Origin: Burkholderiaceae bacterium | GTDB lineage: Bacteria; Pseudomonadota; Gammaproteobacteria; Burkholderiales; Burkholderiaceae_A | Assembly: GCA_049421125.1 (NCBI GenBank) | Contig: JBMSML010000001.1 | Location: 1 to 61,924 of the forward strand | Direction of reading: 5' to 3' | DNA: 61,924 nt | Part shown: piece after piece, positions 32,016-43,981 of the stretch | How the letters are laid out: each line of letters starts with the position of its first letter | How positions within the stretch are numbered: position 1 is the first letter of the stretch | Translations under genes and position numbers: made by a program | Notes under the pieces: model-generated | What the model was told of the DNA's origin: nothing | What the model saw: only the letters and a program-made list of their open reading frames with translations | Databases searched by the model: none

Positions 32016-33395
32016 TCAGTGCGCCTTTTTCTGCGGCCGTTTATAGCCTTTTACGGTCACTTGTGGGCTGCGTGATAACGTGAGTTCATGGGCCGGCGCA
32101 TCTTGGGTCAGGGTAGTGCCGGCGCCGAGTGTGGCCCCTTTGCCGACGGTAACGGGCGCCACTAATTGTGTATCCGAACCAATAAAGGCATCGTCTTCGA
32201 TCACGGTGCGGTGCTTATGCGCCCCATCATAGTTGCAGGTGATGGTGCCTGCACCCACGTTCACGCGACTGCCGATGCTGGCATCACCAAGGTACGCCAG
32301 ATGATTCGCTTTGGAGCGCGGCCCTAATTGGGTGTTCTTGAGTTCGACAAAGTTGCCCACGTGGGCCCCCTCGCCGAGTTCCGTGCCCGGACGCAGGCGG
32401 GCATACGGCCCCACCACTGCCTGCGGCCCGATCTGGGCGTTTTCAATATGGGAAAACGCGTCAATGCGGGCGCCCGCACCAATAGTGGCATCCCGAATCA
32501 CGCAATGCGGGCCAATCACGGCACCCTGATCAATCACCACCCGGCCTTCAAACACGCACCCCACATCAATCACCACGTCGGCCGCACAGCGCAGCGATCC
32601 GCGAATATCAATTCGCGCGGGATCCATCAGCCGGACACCCGCGTCCATCAGTGCATTGGCCTGCCGCCGTTGAAACGCACGTTCGAGCTCGGCACGCTGG
32701 ATTTGGCTATTGACACCGTGAATTTCGTCCAGCGACTCCGGCTGGGCGGATCCGATGGGATGCTGTTCCTTGGCGGCCATTTCGATAATGTCGGTGAGGT
32801 AATACTCGCCTTGCGCGTTGTCATCAGTCAGGGATTGTAACCACCCGATCAGTCGCTCTGTTGGCGCAATCAAGATCCCGGTATTAATTTCCTGAATGGC
32901 CCGAGTCGCGGGATCGGCATCTTTCTCTTCCACTACGCGCAGGATCATGCCCTGCGCATCGCGCATAATCCGTCCGTAGCCATGCGGGTTGGGCAGGATG
33001 GCCGTCAGAATGGCCATGTTCTGATGGTCCTGGGCTGACTGCGCCAATCGTTGCAATGTTACGGAGGTGATCAAGGGCACGTCCCCATACAAAATCAAGG
33101 TCGGTACCGCACTGTCCAACTGGTCGATGGCCTGTTGTACCGCGTGTCCCGTGCCCCGTGGAGGGTCCTGCAGCGCCCACAGGATGGAAGTCGCATTCGG
33201 ATAAAAATCACCGCATTGCTGTTGAACCTGCTCCGCACCATGACCAATCACCACAATCAAACGGGTGGGGTGAAGCGCCGAGGCGGTGAGCAGCACGTGG
33301 CCAAGTAAGGGTAAGTGACCCACAGGGTGCAATACCTTGGGCAAGTCAGAGCGCATGCGCGTGCCCTTGCCGGCGGCGAGCACCACGACATTCAT
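32016..33395 (-). CDS. glmU: Bifunctional GlcNAc-1-P uridyltransferase/acetyltransferase
   Basis: [20 protein letters not shown], hexapeptide repeats, CNYDG. Confidence 0.97.
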   Translation of the reverse strand: MNVVVLAAGKGTRMRSDLPKVLHPVGHLPLLGHVLLTASALHPTRLIVVIGHGAEQVQQQCGDFYPNATSILWALQDPPRGTGHAVQQAIDQLDSAVPTLILYGDVPLITSVTLQRLAQSAQDHQNMAILTAILPNPHGYGRIMRDAQGMILRVVEEKDADPATRAIQEINTGILIAPTERLIGWLQSLTDDNAQGEYYLTDIIEMAAKEQHPIGSAQPESLDEIHGVNSQIQRAELERAFQRRQANALMDAGVRLMDPARIDIRGSLRCAADVVIDVGCVFEGRVVIDQGAVIGPHCVIRDATIGAGARIDAFSHIENAQIGPQAVVGPYARLRPGTELGEGAHVGNFVELKNTQLGPRSKANHLAYLGDASIGSRVNVGAGTITCNYDGAHKHRTVIEDDAFIGSDTQLVAPVTVGKGATLGAGTTLTQDAPAHELTLSRSPQVTVKGYKRPQKKAH

Positions 33396-34825
33396 AGGTG
33401 CTTGGCCTCGCCGCCATGACCGCCGCCGCGATTAGGCGAAACCATGGAACCTAAGACCATGCCCACCGCATTCGCGAGGAGCCCGTAGAGCTGTGGCTCG
33501 CCTGGGCCGTCAAATTGGGTGAACTCCAGCATCAACCAGGTGGACAGTCCAAAGGTGATGCCCAGACCGGCTCCCAGGTTGCTCGCCCGCTTCCAGAATA
33601 AGCCGGCCGCCAGTGGCACAAAGGCGCCGGCCAGAGTAATGCGATAAGCATGCTCCACCATTTTGTGGATGCTCTCATCCGTGGCGATGGCGTAATAGGT
33701 GACGATGGCGGCGAAGGTGAGTACCGTGATCCGAAGCGACCACAGGAACTGTCGGTCCGTCATCCGTGGCGCAAATCCCTTGAGCACGTTTTCTGCAAAC
33801 GTGACCGACGGGGCCAGTAAGGTTCCCGAGGCGGTGCTCATGATCACCGACAGCAGGGCACCAAAAAATATCACCTGCATCGCAAATGGCATGTGATTCA
33901 TGATCAGGGTCGGGAGGATCAGCTGCGAGTCGCTGGTCAGATATTTTTTGACCATGTCGGGGTCAATAATGTTGGCGGTGTAGGCAAGCAGCAACGGCAC
34001 CGCCGCAAAGAAAAAGTAACTGATGCCGCCAAGTGTGGTTCCCCACACGGCCACCCGTTCATTTCGAGAAGAATTAACCCGCTGGAACACATCCTGTTGA
34101 GGAATGGATCCCAGGGCCATGGTGACCAAGGCCGCAATCCATCCCAGAATATCCATCGCATCAAGTGTGGGAAGAAAATAAAACTTGCCTTCGGCCGATG
34201 CCTTGGCCACCACGGTGGCAATGCCTCCCGCCTGGTCCGCGGCGTAATGCGTGACCAAGAGCAGGCCAATCACAATCACAATCATCTGCACGAATGTAGT
34301 GAGAGCCACCGACCACATGCCGCCAAACAAGGTGTAAATCAACACCACACCGGAACCGATGAGCATGCCCTGATTGGCCGTGATCAATCCGTTAGACAGC
34401 ACATTAAAGACCAAACCCAGCGCAGTGATCTGGGCCGACACCCAACCCAGATAAGACACGATGATGCAGATCGACAACAGTAATTCGGTCTGTCGGTTAT
34501 AGCGCACACGAAAGTAGTCACCCAGGGTCACCAGGTTCATGCGATACAGCGGGCGTGCGAACACCAGACCAAACAAGACCAGGCACAGCGAGGCGCCCAG
34601 TGGATCGGAGATCAGTCCGCGAAAACCTTCTTCGAGAAACGTGGCCGATATGCCCAGGACGGTCTCTGCACCGAACCAGGTCGCAAACACCATGGCCAGC
34701 ACCATGGGCATGGGCAGGTTTCGTCCCGCGGTGATGTAGTCCTTGGCGTTATGGACTTTTGTGGCGCCGTACAAGCCAATGGCAATCGAGACCACCAGAT
34801 AGGCAATGACCAACCAGAGCAGCAT
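33392..34825 (-). CDS. Sodium:solute symporter (SLC5, resembles the choline transporter subfamily)
   Basis: [30 protein letters not shown]; ATGA overlap with glmU. Confidence 0.88.
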   Translation of the reverse strand: MLLWLVIAYLVVSIAIGLYGATKVHNAKDYITAGRNLPMPMVLAMVFATWFGAETVLGISATFLEEGFRGLISDPLGASLCLVLFGLVFARPLYRMNLVTLGDYFRVRYNRQTELLLSICIIVSYLGWVSAQITALGLVFNVLSNGLITANQGMLIGSGVVLIYTLFGGMWSVALTTFVQMIVIVIGLLLVTHYAADQAGGIATVVAKASAEGKFYFLPTLDAMDILGWIAALVTMALGSIPQQDVFQRVNSSRNERVAVWGTTLGGISYFFFAAVPLLLAYTANIIDPDMVKKYLTSDSQLILPTLIMNHMPFAMQVIFFGALLSVIMSTASGTLLAPSVTFAENVLKGFAPRMTDRQFLWSLRITVLTFAAIVTYYAIATDESIHKMVEHAYRITLAGAFVPLAAGLFWKRASNLGAGLGITFGLSTWLMLEFTQFDGPGEPQLYGLLANAVGMVLGSMVSPNRGGGHGGEAKHL

Positions 34826-34854
34826 CTCAGAGGCCCTTTAGCGAAAAGCCCTGA

Positions 34855-36411
34855 TTATAGGAGTGCGATCCCCAGCACGACCAGCATGGCCAACATGAGT
34901 CCAATGACAAACCAGAGCATCTGACGGATTTCCCGCTGGTTACGCTCCAAGGCAGCAATCTGTTGCTGCACTCGCTGCTGCTTTTCCTGCCCGGTATGGG
35001 TCAGGGCCTGGTGCACCAATCGGGGGATCTGGGGAAGGGTCTGGGCCCAGCGCTCGGACTCCTTCATGAGGGAATTGCGCAGGGCCTTAAAGCCGATCTG
35101 TTCCTGCATCCAACGCTCCAGGAACGGTTTCGCGGTCTTCCACAGGTCCAGATCGGGATCGAGTTGCCGGCCAAGACCTTCCACGTTGAGCAGCGTTTTT
35201 TGCAGCAGGGTGAGCTGGGGTTGAATCTCGACATTGAATCGCCGGGATGCCTGAAAGAGTCGGACCAATACCTGCCCCAGGGAGATTTCCTTCAGTGGCC
35301 GATCAAAATACGGCTCGCACACGCCACGAATTGCTGTTTCCAGGGCGTCAATGCGGGTATCGGCCGGCACCCATCCGGATTCCACGTGCAGCTCGGCGAC
35401 GCGCCGATAATCCCGACGGAAAAACGCCAGGAAATTCTGGGCCAGATAATTCTTATCGGTCTCCGACAAGGTGCCCACAATGCCAAAGTCCAGGGCGATA
35501 TAGCGCCCAAAGTGCGGCCCGCGATCGGCCACCAGGATGTTGCCCGGATGCATGTCGGCATGGAAATAGCCATCTCGGAACACCTGGGTGAAAAAGATTT
35601 CCACGCCATCGCGTGATAGCCGTTTCAGATCGATCCCGTGGGCCTGGAGTTCATCAAATCGGTTGATGGGAATCCCGTAGATCCGCTCCATCACAATCAC
35701 ATCGCTGCGGCATAGATCCCAGATCATTTCTGGAATTTTGAGCAGATTGGAGTCGGCAAAATTTCGACGCAGCTGACTCGCGTTGGCCGCCTCCCGGACC
35801 AGATCCAGTTCGTCATGCAGATACGCATCAAACTCCTGCACGTTTTCCACTGGCTTTAACCGACGGCCATCGCTGGAAAAACGGGCCACAAAACGGGCAA
35901 TCAGTTTGAGCAGCCCCAGGTCCTGCTCGATTACATTGAGCATGCCGGGGCGCAGTACCTTGATGGCGACCTCGCGACCGTCGAGCAGACGGCCTAAATG
36001 CACCTGGGCGATCGAAGCACTTGCAACGGGCGTGCGATCAAACTCGGAAAAGATCGCCTCGATCTTTTTGCCAAAAGCGGTTTCAATGGTGCGTACTGCG
36101 ATCGCCGAATCAAAGGGAGGCACACGATCCTGGAGTTTGGTCAACTCATCGGCGATGTCTTCTGCAAGCAGATCACGCCGGGTCGAGAGCACCTGACCAA
36201 ATTTCACAAAAATGGGCCCAAGGTGTTCCAGCGCCATACGCAGACGCACCCCCCGAGGCGCCTTCGGTCGGCGACCCAGCCGCGATAAGGCGATCAGGGT
36301 GTTGAGAATGCGGGAGTCAAATGTCTTGGCCGCCCCGTCCAGGGCAAGCTGATCCAGACCGAATCGCAATACGGTGGCCAGAATGGTGATCAGACGAAAC
36401 AACGAGCGCAT
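34855..36411 (-). CDS. ubiB: Ubiquinone biosynthesis kinase-like protein UbiB
   Basis: [28 protein letters not shown]. Confidence 0.96.
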   Translation of the reverse strand: MRSLFRLITILATVLRFGLDQLALDGAAKTFDSRILNTLIALSRLGRRPKAPRGVRLRMALEHLGPIFVKFGQVLSTRRDLLAEDIADELTKLQDRVPPFDSAIAVRTIETAFGKKIEAIFSEFDRTPVASASIAQVHLGRLLDGREVAIKVLRPGMLNVIEQDLGLLKLIARFVARFSSDGRRLKPVENVQEFDAYLHDELDLVREAANASQLRRNFADSNLLKIPEMIWDLCRSDVIVMERIYGIPINRFDELQAHGIDLKRLSRDGVEIFFTQVFRDGYFHADMHPGNILVADRGPHFGRYIALDFGIVGTLSETDKNYLAQNFLAFFRRDYRRVAELHVESGWVPADTRIDALETAIRGVCEPYFDRPLKEISLGQVLVRLFQASRRFNVEIQPQLTLLQKTLLNVEGLGRQLDPDLDLWKTAKPFLERWMQEQIGFKALRNSLMKESERWAQTLPQIPRLVHQALTHTGQEKQQRVQQQIAALERNQREIRQMLWFVIGLMLAMLVVLGIALL

Positions 36412-36423
36412 GGACGAGAATGC

Positions 36424-37317
36424 TTAGAGGGTATCGGATGAGGGCGGGCGAAAAACGAGAGTGTGCGCTGTTGGTGCAGGGTTTTCAAAATCAAAGGCCT
36501 GATCCCCGTTCGGGTTCGGCACATGGGTGGGGGTCAGGGTCTGAAAGGGATAGAGGTCGCGATCGAGCAGGTGGGATGGCGTGACCTTGGACAATCCTTG
36601 AAACATGGATTCGATACGGCCAGGGAACTGCTGTTCCCAGTCGTTCAGCATGCGTTTGATCTGTTGCCGTTGCAGGTTTTCCTGTGACCCGCACAGATCA
36701 CAGGGAATGATGGGGAATTCACGCAGCTGGGCCCAGCGGGCCAGATCTTTTTCCTCACAATAGGCCAGCGGCCGAATCACCACGTGGCGGCCATCGTCCG
36801 AGACCAGTTTAGGTGGCATGGATTTCAGTTTTCCGCCAAAGAACAGATTAAGGAAAAACGTCTGCAAGATATCGTCTCGGTGGTGACCCAATGCAATCTT
36901 GGTCGCACCAAGTTCCGTGGCCACCCGGTAGAGCACGCCACGCCGCAGTCGTGAGCACAGTGAACACATGGTTTTGCCTTCGGGCACCACACGTTTCACG
37001 ATGGCGTGCGTATCCTGGGTTTCAATATGAAACGGCACACCACGGGCCGTTAAATAATTCGGCAATACCTCTTTCGGAAAACCCGGATGACCCTGATCGA
37101 GATTCACCGCGATGATGTCGAAATGAATGGGGGCACGAGCGCGTAGTCCCAACAGGATATCCAACAGTCCATAGCTGTCTTTGCCACCGGACAAACAGAC
37201 CATGACCTTGTCATTGGCCTGGATCATGTTGAAATCGATGATCGCCTGCCCGGTCAACCGATGCAGGCGTTTGGAGAGTTTGTTGGCCTCAAAGGCCTGC
37301 TTGTCATGACCGCCCAT
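36424..37317 (-). CDS. ttcA: tRNA 2-thiocytidine(32) synthetase
   Basis: SGGKDS PP-loop, [23 protein letters not shown]. Confidence 0.96.
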   Translation of the reverse strand: MGGHDKQAFEANKLSKRLHRLTGQAIIDFNMIQANDKVMVCLSGGKDSYGLLDILLGLRARAPIHFDIIAVNLDQGHPGFPKEVLPNYLTARGVPFHIETQDTHAIVKRVVPEGKTMCSLCSRLRRGVLYRVATELGATKIALGHHRDDILQTFFLNLFFGGKLKSMPPKLVSDDGRHVVIRPLAYCEEKDLARWAQLREFPIIPCDLCGSQENLQRQQIKRMLNDWEQQFPGRIESMFQGLSKVTPSHLLDRDLYPFQTLTPTHVPNPNGDQAFDFENPAPTAHTLVFRPPSSDTL

Positions 37318-37322
37318 GGTGG

Positions 37323-37703
37323 CTAGGCCCAGCGCAGTACTTCAATGCCCACCGTTTTACAGTCCGGATAGACATCGGGTTTCTGGGTCGTCACGCGCAC
37401 CGCCTTCACGCCGGGCTGGGCCAGGCAGTGTCCACAAATCTCGTCCATCAAGGTCTCTTGCAGATTGAAGTGACGTGATTGGGCAATCCGGGCGATGCCC
37501 AGACGAATAAAGTCATAGTCCAACACATCGGCCACCTCATCGCGCGCCGATGTGCTGGCTGCAATCGGAATATAGATGTCCACGCTCACCAGAATCCGCT
37601 GGCGTGCCTGCTTCTCAAAATCGTGAAATCCGATCGATGCCTCAATCGACAGATCCTGAAGAAAAATCCGGCGGCAATCCAGAAGGCGGGTATCGGTCAG
37701 CAT
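37323..37703 (-). CDS. folB: Dihydroneopterin aldolase
   Basis: IGFHDFE, LDYD, LQETL, KPDVY. Confidence 0.85.
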   Translation of the reverse strand: MLTDTRLLDCRRIFLQDLSIEASIGFHDFEKQARQRILVSVDIYIPIAASTSARDEVADVLDYDFIRLGIARIAQSRHFNLQETLMDEICGHCLAQPGVKAVRVTTQKPDVYPDCKTVGIEVLRWA

Positions 37704-38509
37704 GGCGGGCGAATCATCATCATGACATCACGCGGCTGGGCCATCAGGTGTTGACCGCCATCGACCAATAGCCAGGTGCCGGTGATCGCACGGGCCTGCG
37801 CCAGCCACACCACGGCATCGGCCACTTCGTGGGGATAACTCGATGCCCCCAGTGGCGTCATGGCATGTGTGGTTTTGAATTCATCGGGAGTCTGATCCGC
37901 CGAAGGCAGGGTGATGCCGGGGGCGACTCCCACCACGCGCAGCACTGGCGCAAATGCCATCGCGGTGAGCCGAGTGGCTTCCAGAAGTGCAGATTTCGAT
38001 AAGGTATAGGCAAAGAAATCAGGATTGGGATTGGCTAATTTCTGGTCCAACAGGTGGATCACCACGCCGGCAGGGGGACTGCCCGCTTGAACCGTTTGGG
38101 CACAGTGGGCATGCAAGTGTTGGGTCAGCAGCACTGGCGCAATCAGGTTACATCGGTAGTGGGATTCGAGTGCTTTTGCGGTGACATCATGTGGCCGATC
38201 AAACAGGAATTGGGATGCGCTATTGACCACGGCACAAAGATTCGGAAACGCCTCGACGGCGCGTTGAAAGAGCGTGTGGATGGATGCCGCGTCATCTAAG
38301 TCCGCGGCAATGCAGATGGCCTGTCGGCCCATCGACTGCACATCGCGCATCACGGCATGGGCCTCCTCCATGGACTCACGGGCATGGAGGACGACATCCC
38401 AACCGGCCTTGGCCATCGCCAAGGCGATCTCTCGGCCGAGCCGCTTGGCGGCGCCGGTGATCAAGACGGCGTTGTCACGAGGGGGTAAGGACGCGGAATT
38501 CGACGGCAT
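37697..38509 (-). CDS. SDR oxidoreductase, pteridine reductase/FolM-like
   Basis: TGAAKRLG, YTLSK, VDGG; overlaps folB. Confidence 0.85.
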   Translation of the reverse strand: MPSNSASLPPRDNAVLITGAAKRLGREIALAMAKAGWDVVLHARESMEEAHAVMRDVQSMGRQAICIAADLDDAASIHTLFQRAVEAFPNLCAVVNSASQFLFDRPHDVTAKALESHYRCNLIAPVLLTQHLHAHCAQTVQAGSPPAGVVIHLLDQKLANPNPDFFAYTLSKSALLEATRLTAMAFAPVLRVVGVAPGITLPSADQTPDEFKTTHAMTPLGASSYPHEVADAVVWLAQARAITGTWLLVDGGQHLMAQPRDVMMMIRPPC

Positions 38510-38542
38510 AAAGCGAAGTGTAGCTTTGATACTCTCTCGCGA

Positions 38543-39724
38543 ATGAGCACCTTGATGGAGCGCCTTGGGCATCAGATTCAGGCCGCCGGCGGATGGATCG
38601 GTGTGGATGCCTTTATGCAGACCGCGCTGTATTCGCCGGGTCAGGGCTATTACACCGGAGGCGGCCGGCCGTTTGAGGCGGATTTTGTCACCGCACCGAT
38701 GCTCGGGCCATGGATGGGTCAGGCCCTATGGAACTGCACGCGAGGCCTGCGCACGGCGGCGGTATTCCGGATACGTGAGTTCGGAGGTGGTCGGGGAGAC
38801 TTGGCCGCCAGTCTGATGGCCTGTGCCCAGCGCGAACAGGCGCAGTCACCGAGCGCCGCGGCGATGTCGCCCATCCTGGAGATGCAAATGCTGGAAGTCT
38901 CGGCGGACCTGGCCCACCAGCAGGAGCGCACTACGGCCGGTTTAGGATCAATTTACTGGCTGCGCCAGTTAGAGCCGGATTTTTCGGGTCTGGTGCTGGC
39001 CAATGAGGTGCTCGATGCCATGCCGGTCAAGTTGTTCGAGTGGGCGGGGGATGGTGCGGTTCTGGAGTGGGGCATTGAAGTGGTGAATCAACGTTTGGCA
39101 TGGCGCGCACGACCGGCATCGGAAGACCTCGCCACGGTGGTGACCACGCGAGCGCGGGCGGCCCGCGAGCGCGGCCTGCCCTGGTCCAGCGGCTATCGGG
39201 GGGAGTGGTGTCCGTGGACCGGGCCATGGCTCAACAGCCTGGCGCAGTCCATCCGTTCGGGTTCGGTGCTACTGGTGGATTATGGATTTGCCGAATCTGA
39301 ACTGGACCATCCGGGGCGCACCCACGGCACGTTGTGCGCACACTATCGCCATCAACGGTTTGATCGCCCAGAGGACCTGATTGTTCGAGTCGGTGAACAG
39401 GACTTAACTGCCCACGTTAACTTTTCTCAGATCGCCCGAGAGGCCAGACAAAGTGGATTCGAGGTTCAGGGATTTGTGACCCAGGGGCGTTTTCTGATCA
39501 ATGCAGGACTCTTGGAGTTTGCCCAAACCGTGATCGATGCCACACCGGATCCCATCGCCAAAGCAAAGCAGTTGCAAAGCCTGCAGACCATGATGCTGGA
39601 GTCCGAAATGGGAGAAGTGTTTAAGGTGATGCTGCTGACCAAAGACCTGCCCGCCAGTCAGATCGAGGCGCTCATGGACTGCGGATTTCAGCGCAGCGAT
39701 CGATCCGCAAGTCTTGCGAATTAA
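38543..39724 (+). CDS. SAM-dependent methyltransferase, MidA/NDUFAF7 family
   Basis: [36 protein letters not shown]. Confidence 0.88.
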   Translation: MSTLMERLGHQIQAAGGWIGVDAFMQTALYSPGQGYYTGGGRPFEADFVTAPMLGPWMGQALWNCTRGLRTAAVFRIREFGGGRGDLAASLMACAQREQAQSPSAAAMSPILEMQMLEVSADLAHQQERTTAGLGSIYWLRQLEPDFSGLVLANEVLDAMPVKLFEWAGDGAVLEWGIEVVNQRLAWRARPASEDLATVVTTRARAARERGLPWSSGYRGEWCPWTGPWLNSLAQSIRSGSVLLVDYGFAESELDHPGRTHGTLCAHYRHQRFDRPEDLIVRVGEQDLTAHVNFSQIAREARQSGFEVQGFVTQGRFLINAGLLEFAQTVIDATPDPIAKAKQLQSLQTMMLESEMGEVFKVMLLTKDLPASQIEALMDCGFQRSDRSASLAN

Positions 39725-40974
39725 ACCGCGCTGGATCTAAATGCCGGATGGGTTTTAAAAAACCCTAACCGCGCACTCCGGGTAATGGCGGCAATGGTGC
39801 TGCCATCCGCACCGTTTTTCTGCAATGCGTTCTGCGCGGCCAACGCCACGATGTGATTGGCCTCAGGGCTGGATGCCCATTGGGCCAGCGCCATCAAACG
39901 TTGGGCCATCACTGGGGCCAGCGCGCCCTGAAGTTCATAGACGGACAGCAGAAGTGCAAAGCGCTCGGTACGGCGTGACACATCACAGGCCATTAACCAG
40001 TCAAATACCGGCGTCACGCGATCGGCAGGCGTGTGGGTCAGGGCCGTGATCACCGCGGGCAGCTCGGATCGGCGGGTCAGCACCTGTTGTGCAAGATCGA
40101 TACAAGACTTTGGTGCTTTTAATAGTTCGATGGGCTGCGTCTGGCCACTGCGGTTATCCATCAGTAACGCATAGCGCACGTCCAGCGGGGCACTGCCTTT
40201 CGCGGCCCGATCTAAAGCATGGCGTGTGTCGGCATGCACGGGTTGTGCGCGGGGATGAAGCTCCGCCCAGGCACCACACCCCTCCAACACATCCAGCAAT
40301 CGTGTCGGCGATGCTTCCATCAGGCCTTTAGAGATCTCCTGCCACACGCGCTCGGCAACCAACGCAGTCACTTCGCCCTGGTTCACAATCGTTGTGCACA
40401 ATAGCTGGGTTTCTGGCGCGATATCAAAGTCTGGCCAGCGGGCTGCAAATCGCGCCAAGCGAAGAACACGCACCGGATCCTCGGCAAACGCCGGACCGAT
40501 ATGACGCAACATTCCCATGCGGAGATCCTCGATCCCGCACGTCGGATCAATCAGTTCACCTTGTCGGGAAATGGCGATGGCATTGATGGTCAGATCACGG
40601 CGTTGCAGATCATCTTCTAGCCGCACACTCGGGTCGGCATTAAACGTAAACCCCTTGTAGCCCTTGCCGGATTTGCGTTCGGTTCTGGCGAGCGCATATT
40701 CGTCGTGGGTCATGGGATGCAGAAACACGGGGAAATCCGCCCCCACGGGCTGAAATCCTGCCCGCACCATGGCTTCGATCGAGGCGCCCACGACGACATA
40801 GTCCCGATCGCTGCTGGGGTGGCCGAGCAGTGCATCGCGCACGGCGCCACCCACACAGTAAATGGCGATGGTGTTAGGCAGTCGCTGCGTGATCGGATCG
40901 TCTACAGACAACCGCGCGGTGATGTCCTCGATCCGTGCGCGAACCGAGGGGGTGGAGAGGTCAGGTTTTGGCAC
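39721..40974 (-). CDS. cca: CCA tRNA nucleotidyltransferase with degenerate HD domain
   Basis: [21 protein letters not shown] loop, [16 protein letters not shown]; GTG start approximate. Confidence 0.9.
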   Translation of the reverse strand: MPKPDLSTPSVRARIEDITARLSVDDPITQRLPNTIAIYCVGGAVRDALLGHPSSDRDYVVVGASIEAMVRAGFQPVGADFPVFLHPMTHDEYALARTERKSGKGYKGFTFNADPSVRLEDDLQRRDLTINAIAISRQGELIDPTCGIEDLRMGMLRHIGPAFAEDPVRVLRLARFAARWPDFDIAPETQLLCTTIVNQGEVTALVAERVWQEISKGLMEASPTRLLDVLEGCGAWAELHPRAQPVHADTRHALDRAAKGSAPLDVRYALLMDNRSGQTQPIELLKAPKSCIDLAQQVLTRRSELPAVITALTHTPADRVTPVFDWLMACDVSRRTERFALLLSVYELQGALAPVMAQRLMALAQWASSPEANHIVALAAQNALQKNGADGSTIAAITRSARLGFFKTHPAFRSSAV

Positions 40975-41923
40975 GACGATCGGATAACCGCGCCCGCGGG
41001 GATTCTTTCCCAAGGTACGTGGGCACTACGGCGTGAATGGAAAGCGGATGATCAATCCCAAGATCGGGTGACATGGGGGCACTGCCGACATTCGGCACGC
41101 TAGCGGAGGCGAGATTGTCGCGCGACATCAGCGGTTTGCCGGGAAGGTTTTCCATGATCCAGGCCTGCATCCAGGCGGCACTGTCGGGCAAGGGAATAAT
41201 GGGGCGGGGGCAACCGGCATAGACACCTGCCCAGTGCACCAATTCGTAGAGCGTGAGCACGTCCGGTCCCACGCACTCATAGTTCTTGCCGATGGTGGCC
41301 GGGTTATCCAGGCAGTTCGCGATGGCGCTCGCTAAATCCCGGACGTCAATTGGCTGAAAGCGGGCATGCGGAGTGGCCAAAGGAATGATTGGAGCGAACT
41401 TCTGCAGTCGTGCAAAGAGGTTCATGAACTGGTCGTCTGCACCAAACACCACCGAGGGGCGAAGAATGGTGAGATCAATATTCTGGTTAGCCCGAAGCGC
41501 CGCCTCACCGGCGGCCTTGGAGCGCAGGTACATGGATGGTCCATGATCAGCCGCCCCCAATGCACTGATGTGCACCAGGCGACGGATCTTTCGGCGATTC
41601 ATGCAGCGGGCAATGCGGGCGGGAAGTTTGACATGGGCGGTATCGAAATCCGCTCCCCAGGGCTTTCCAGCCTTGCTGTGCAACACGCCGACCAGGTTCA
41701 CTACGCGATCCGCGTTTTCAAACGCGTCATAGAGGGCCGCCTCATCGTGAGGGTTTGCTTCGACGATTTCGATTTTCGGCAATAGCCACAGGTCACGGGC
41801 CTGTTCGCGCCGGCGGGTAATGATCCGTACGGATTGGCCACGGGAAATCAGTACCGATGCCAGCGCACGGCCGACGAATCCGGATCCCCCGACAATCACA
41901 ACATCTGCGTGTAGTAAAGCCAT
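40961..41923 (-). CDS. Complex I NDUFA9-family NAD-dependent epimerase/dehydratase
   Basis: GGSGFVG, NLVGVL, HISALGA, YLRSK, RPSVVFG. Confidence 0.88.
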   Translation of the reverse strand: MALLHADVVIVGGSGFVGRALASVLISRGQSVRIITRRREQARDLWLLPKIEIVEANPHDEAALYDAFENADRVVNLVGVLHSKAGKPWGADFDTAHVKLPARIARCMNRRKIRRLVHISALGAADHGPSMYLRSKAAGEAALRANQNIDLTILRPSVVFGADDQFMNLFARLQKFAPIIPLATPHARFQPIDVRDLASAIANCLDNPATIGKNYECVGPDVLTLYELVHWAGVYAGCPRPIIPLPDSAAWMQAWIMENLPGKPLMSRDNLASASVPNVGSAPMSPDLGIDHPLSIHAVVPTYLGKESPRARLSDRRAKT

Positions 41924-41957
41924 AACGTTCTCTCCTGCATTAAAGACGGGCGGCTGC

Positions 41958-43916
41958 TCACGACGACTCGTTGCTGCGCTCGTTGGGATTCACACTGCCA
42001 AGAAGTTCGCGCAGTGAGGGCACGGCCCCTCCATTATGAACTGCATGGTAGAGCACGGCATTGGTCAGTACGCGTTTCACGTAATCACGGGTTTCCGGGA
42101 AGGGGATGGACTCCGCGAATACCGCACCCTCCACGGGCTTTGGCAACGCGGCGCGCCACGACACGGCCCTGGAGGGCCCCGCGTTGTAGGCCGCCGATGC
42201 CAGTAACGCCGATCCGCCAAACCGATCCTGCAGCTGACGCATGTAGGTGGTGCCCAGTTTCACGTTGACGTTCACATCGGTCAGTTTTAGTCCACTGCTG
42301 GTTTTCATCCCGATGTTTTTCGCCAGCATCTTGCCGGTCGCTGGCATGATCTGCATCAGACCCGCGGCACCAACGGGCGACTTCACATCGGGAATAAAAC
42401 GGGACTCCTGTCGAATCAGTCCCAATACCCACCAGGGGTCGAGTGATTTCTCTTTCGCTGCGGGCAGTACCGCTTCTTTAAATGGAGCTGGAAACCGCAG
42501 ACTGAAATCGTGTTCCTGCTGGGTGCGGTCTGCCGCCGCAATCATCCGATCGTAAAACCCTGCTTTGCGGGCATGCAGTGCCGCACGAATCAGTTCTGCA
42601 TCGTTTCGTCCGCGCATGGCGCTGGACCATTCCATGACCGCCTCGGCCCGCAAGCCGGCCCGCACCAAGGCGTAGCTGCGGGCCATGCCCAGGTCCTTGT
42701 CCAGGCGTTGCTGATCACTGGCCGTTAAGCTTACGCTCGCGCTCGGTGGAAGTTTGATCGGTGTGCCGTCAAGCTCTCGCGCTAAAACGCCATAGAAACT
42801 GAAATCATCCTTCAGGTTCTTTAATAGCGGTTCGGCTTTATCGCCCTGTCGGGTCTCGCGATAAGCAATGGCCCTCCAATACTGCCAGGTGGCGTCCGTT
42901 TGGGTGGTATCGCGCATGGTGGCGATGATGTCCAACAGTGGCGACCATGCGTTACGTCGAATCGCTTCCCGGGCTGCGGTTTGTAAAGACTCGTCGGGTT
43001 GTTGCGAGAGACTCGACCAGCCCTCACGCATCAGGGACCAGGCATCGACATGGCTTCGGCGCCAGACGGCTGTGCCCACCGCAAACGCTGCGTAATGAGC
43101 CTGCTCATGAGACAGCTCTTTGTGGCGTTGCTTGTAAAGTGTCAGCGCATCCAGACTGTCCACGCGGACACGCTTCAGAATCTGTCCGAGTAACGCCTCG
43201 GTCTTAAATGGGTCCGGGCCGCGCCCCCCCAGTTCATGGGCTTTCGCATGTTGTTGCAGAACCTCCATCAGTTTACGGTGGCTGCTGTCGCTGCCCATTT
43301 GGGCGGCCCAGCGCACGCGCTGTCGCAGATAGCCCACGGCCACCTGTTCGCTTTTGGCCAATTGCTCGATCAGGGCGATGCAGGCGTCGAAAGTCTCTTG
43401 GCCCACGGCATAGTGGGCAAAGGGCGCATTGCCGCCCGGTTCATGTGCCGTTGTGAGTAGTCCCAGTCGGGCGCGGGCACAGTTGATATTCGGTCCGGTT
43501 AAGCCGGCAGGAAGTTTCTCTAATACGGCGGGAAGTTCTGACCATAAATTCTTCGCCAGCAACGCGGTGATCCAGTCCCGGTAGACCTGATCTCTAAGCG
43601 GATGCTGGCCATGGCGATGAAGAAACTTTTGCACATGAGACTGCATCGCCGCCGCATCGCTACTGGGCACTCCCAGCAAAAGCTTCAGGCGCCAGTAATC
43701 GGGCCACGCGGCCAACACATGCCCTTGGGTTTTCTGAGTCAAACGCTCCAGCTCCGGAAGCCGGCCTTTTTGAAATGCATCCCGGGCCTGCACGATCAAC
43801 GCGGATGATTTATCACTGGCGCTATCCACTTTCGCGATCAGCGGAGCGCTGGTCATGGCCATGACGGCCACCACGATGGTGGATAAGACACCGGTCAGAC
43901 GATTCGGCCGAACCAT
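41958..43916 (-). CDS. slt: Soluble lytic murein transglycosylase (Slt70-like)
   Basis: RQES, GLMQIMP, AYNAGP, ETRDYV; signal peptide. Confidence 0.9.
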   Translation of the reverse strand: MVRPNRLTGVLSTIVVAVMAMTSAPLIAKVDSASDKSSALIVQARDAFQKGRLPELERLTQKTQGHVLAAWPDYWRLKLLLGVPSSDAAAMQSHVQKFLHRHGQHPLRDQVYRDWITALLAKNLWSELPAVLEKLPAGLTGPNINCARARLGLLTTAHEPGGNAPFAHYAVGQETFDACIALIEQLAKSEQVAVGYLRQRVRWAAQMGSDSSHRKLMEVLQQHAKAHELGGRGPDPFKTEALLGQILKRVRVDSLDALTLYKQRHKELSHEQAHYAAFAVGTAVWRRSHVDAWSLMREGWSSLSQQPDESLQTAAREAIRRNAWSPLLDIIATMRDTTQTDATWQYWRAIAYRETRQGDKAEPLLKNLKDDFSFYGVLARELDGTPIKLPPSASVSLTASDQQRLDKDLGMARSYALVRAGLRAEAVMEWSSAMRGRNDAELIRAALHARKAGFYDRMIAAADRTQQEHDFSLRFPAPFKEAVLPAAKEKSLDPWWVLGLIRQESRFIPDVKSPVGAAGLMQIMPATGKMLAKNIGMKTSSGLKLTDVNVNVKLGTTYMRQLQDRFGGSALLASAAYNAGPSRAVSWRAALPKPVEGAVFAESIPFPETRDYVKRVLTNAVLYHAVHNGGAVPSLRELLGSVNPNERSNESS

Positions 43917-43981
43917 TAAAGGGCTTCCCCTAGGAGAAATGACTGTTGTAGATGGCGCACAAGGGGTAAATTTACCCTTAA

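Noticed and set aside
43917-43981. 6S RNA upstream of the formyl-THF cyclo-ligase gene, as in E. coli ssrS-ygfA
   Set aside because: Only 65 bp are available and there is no long hairpin.
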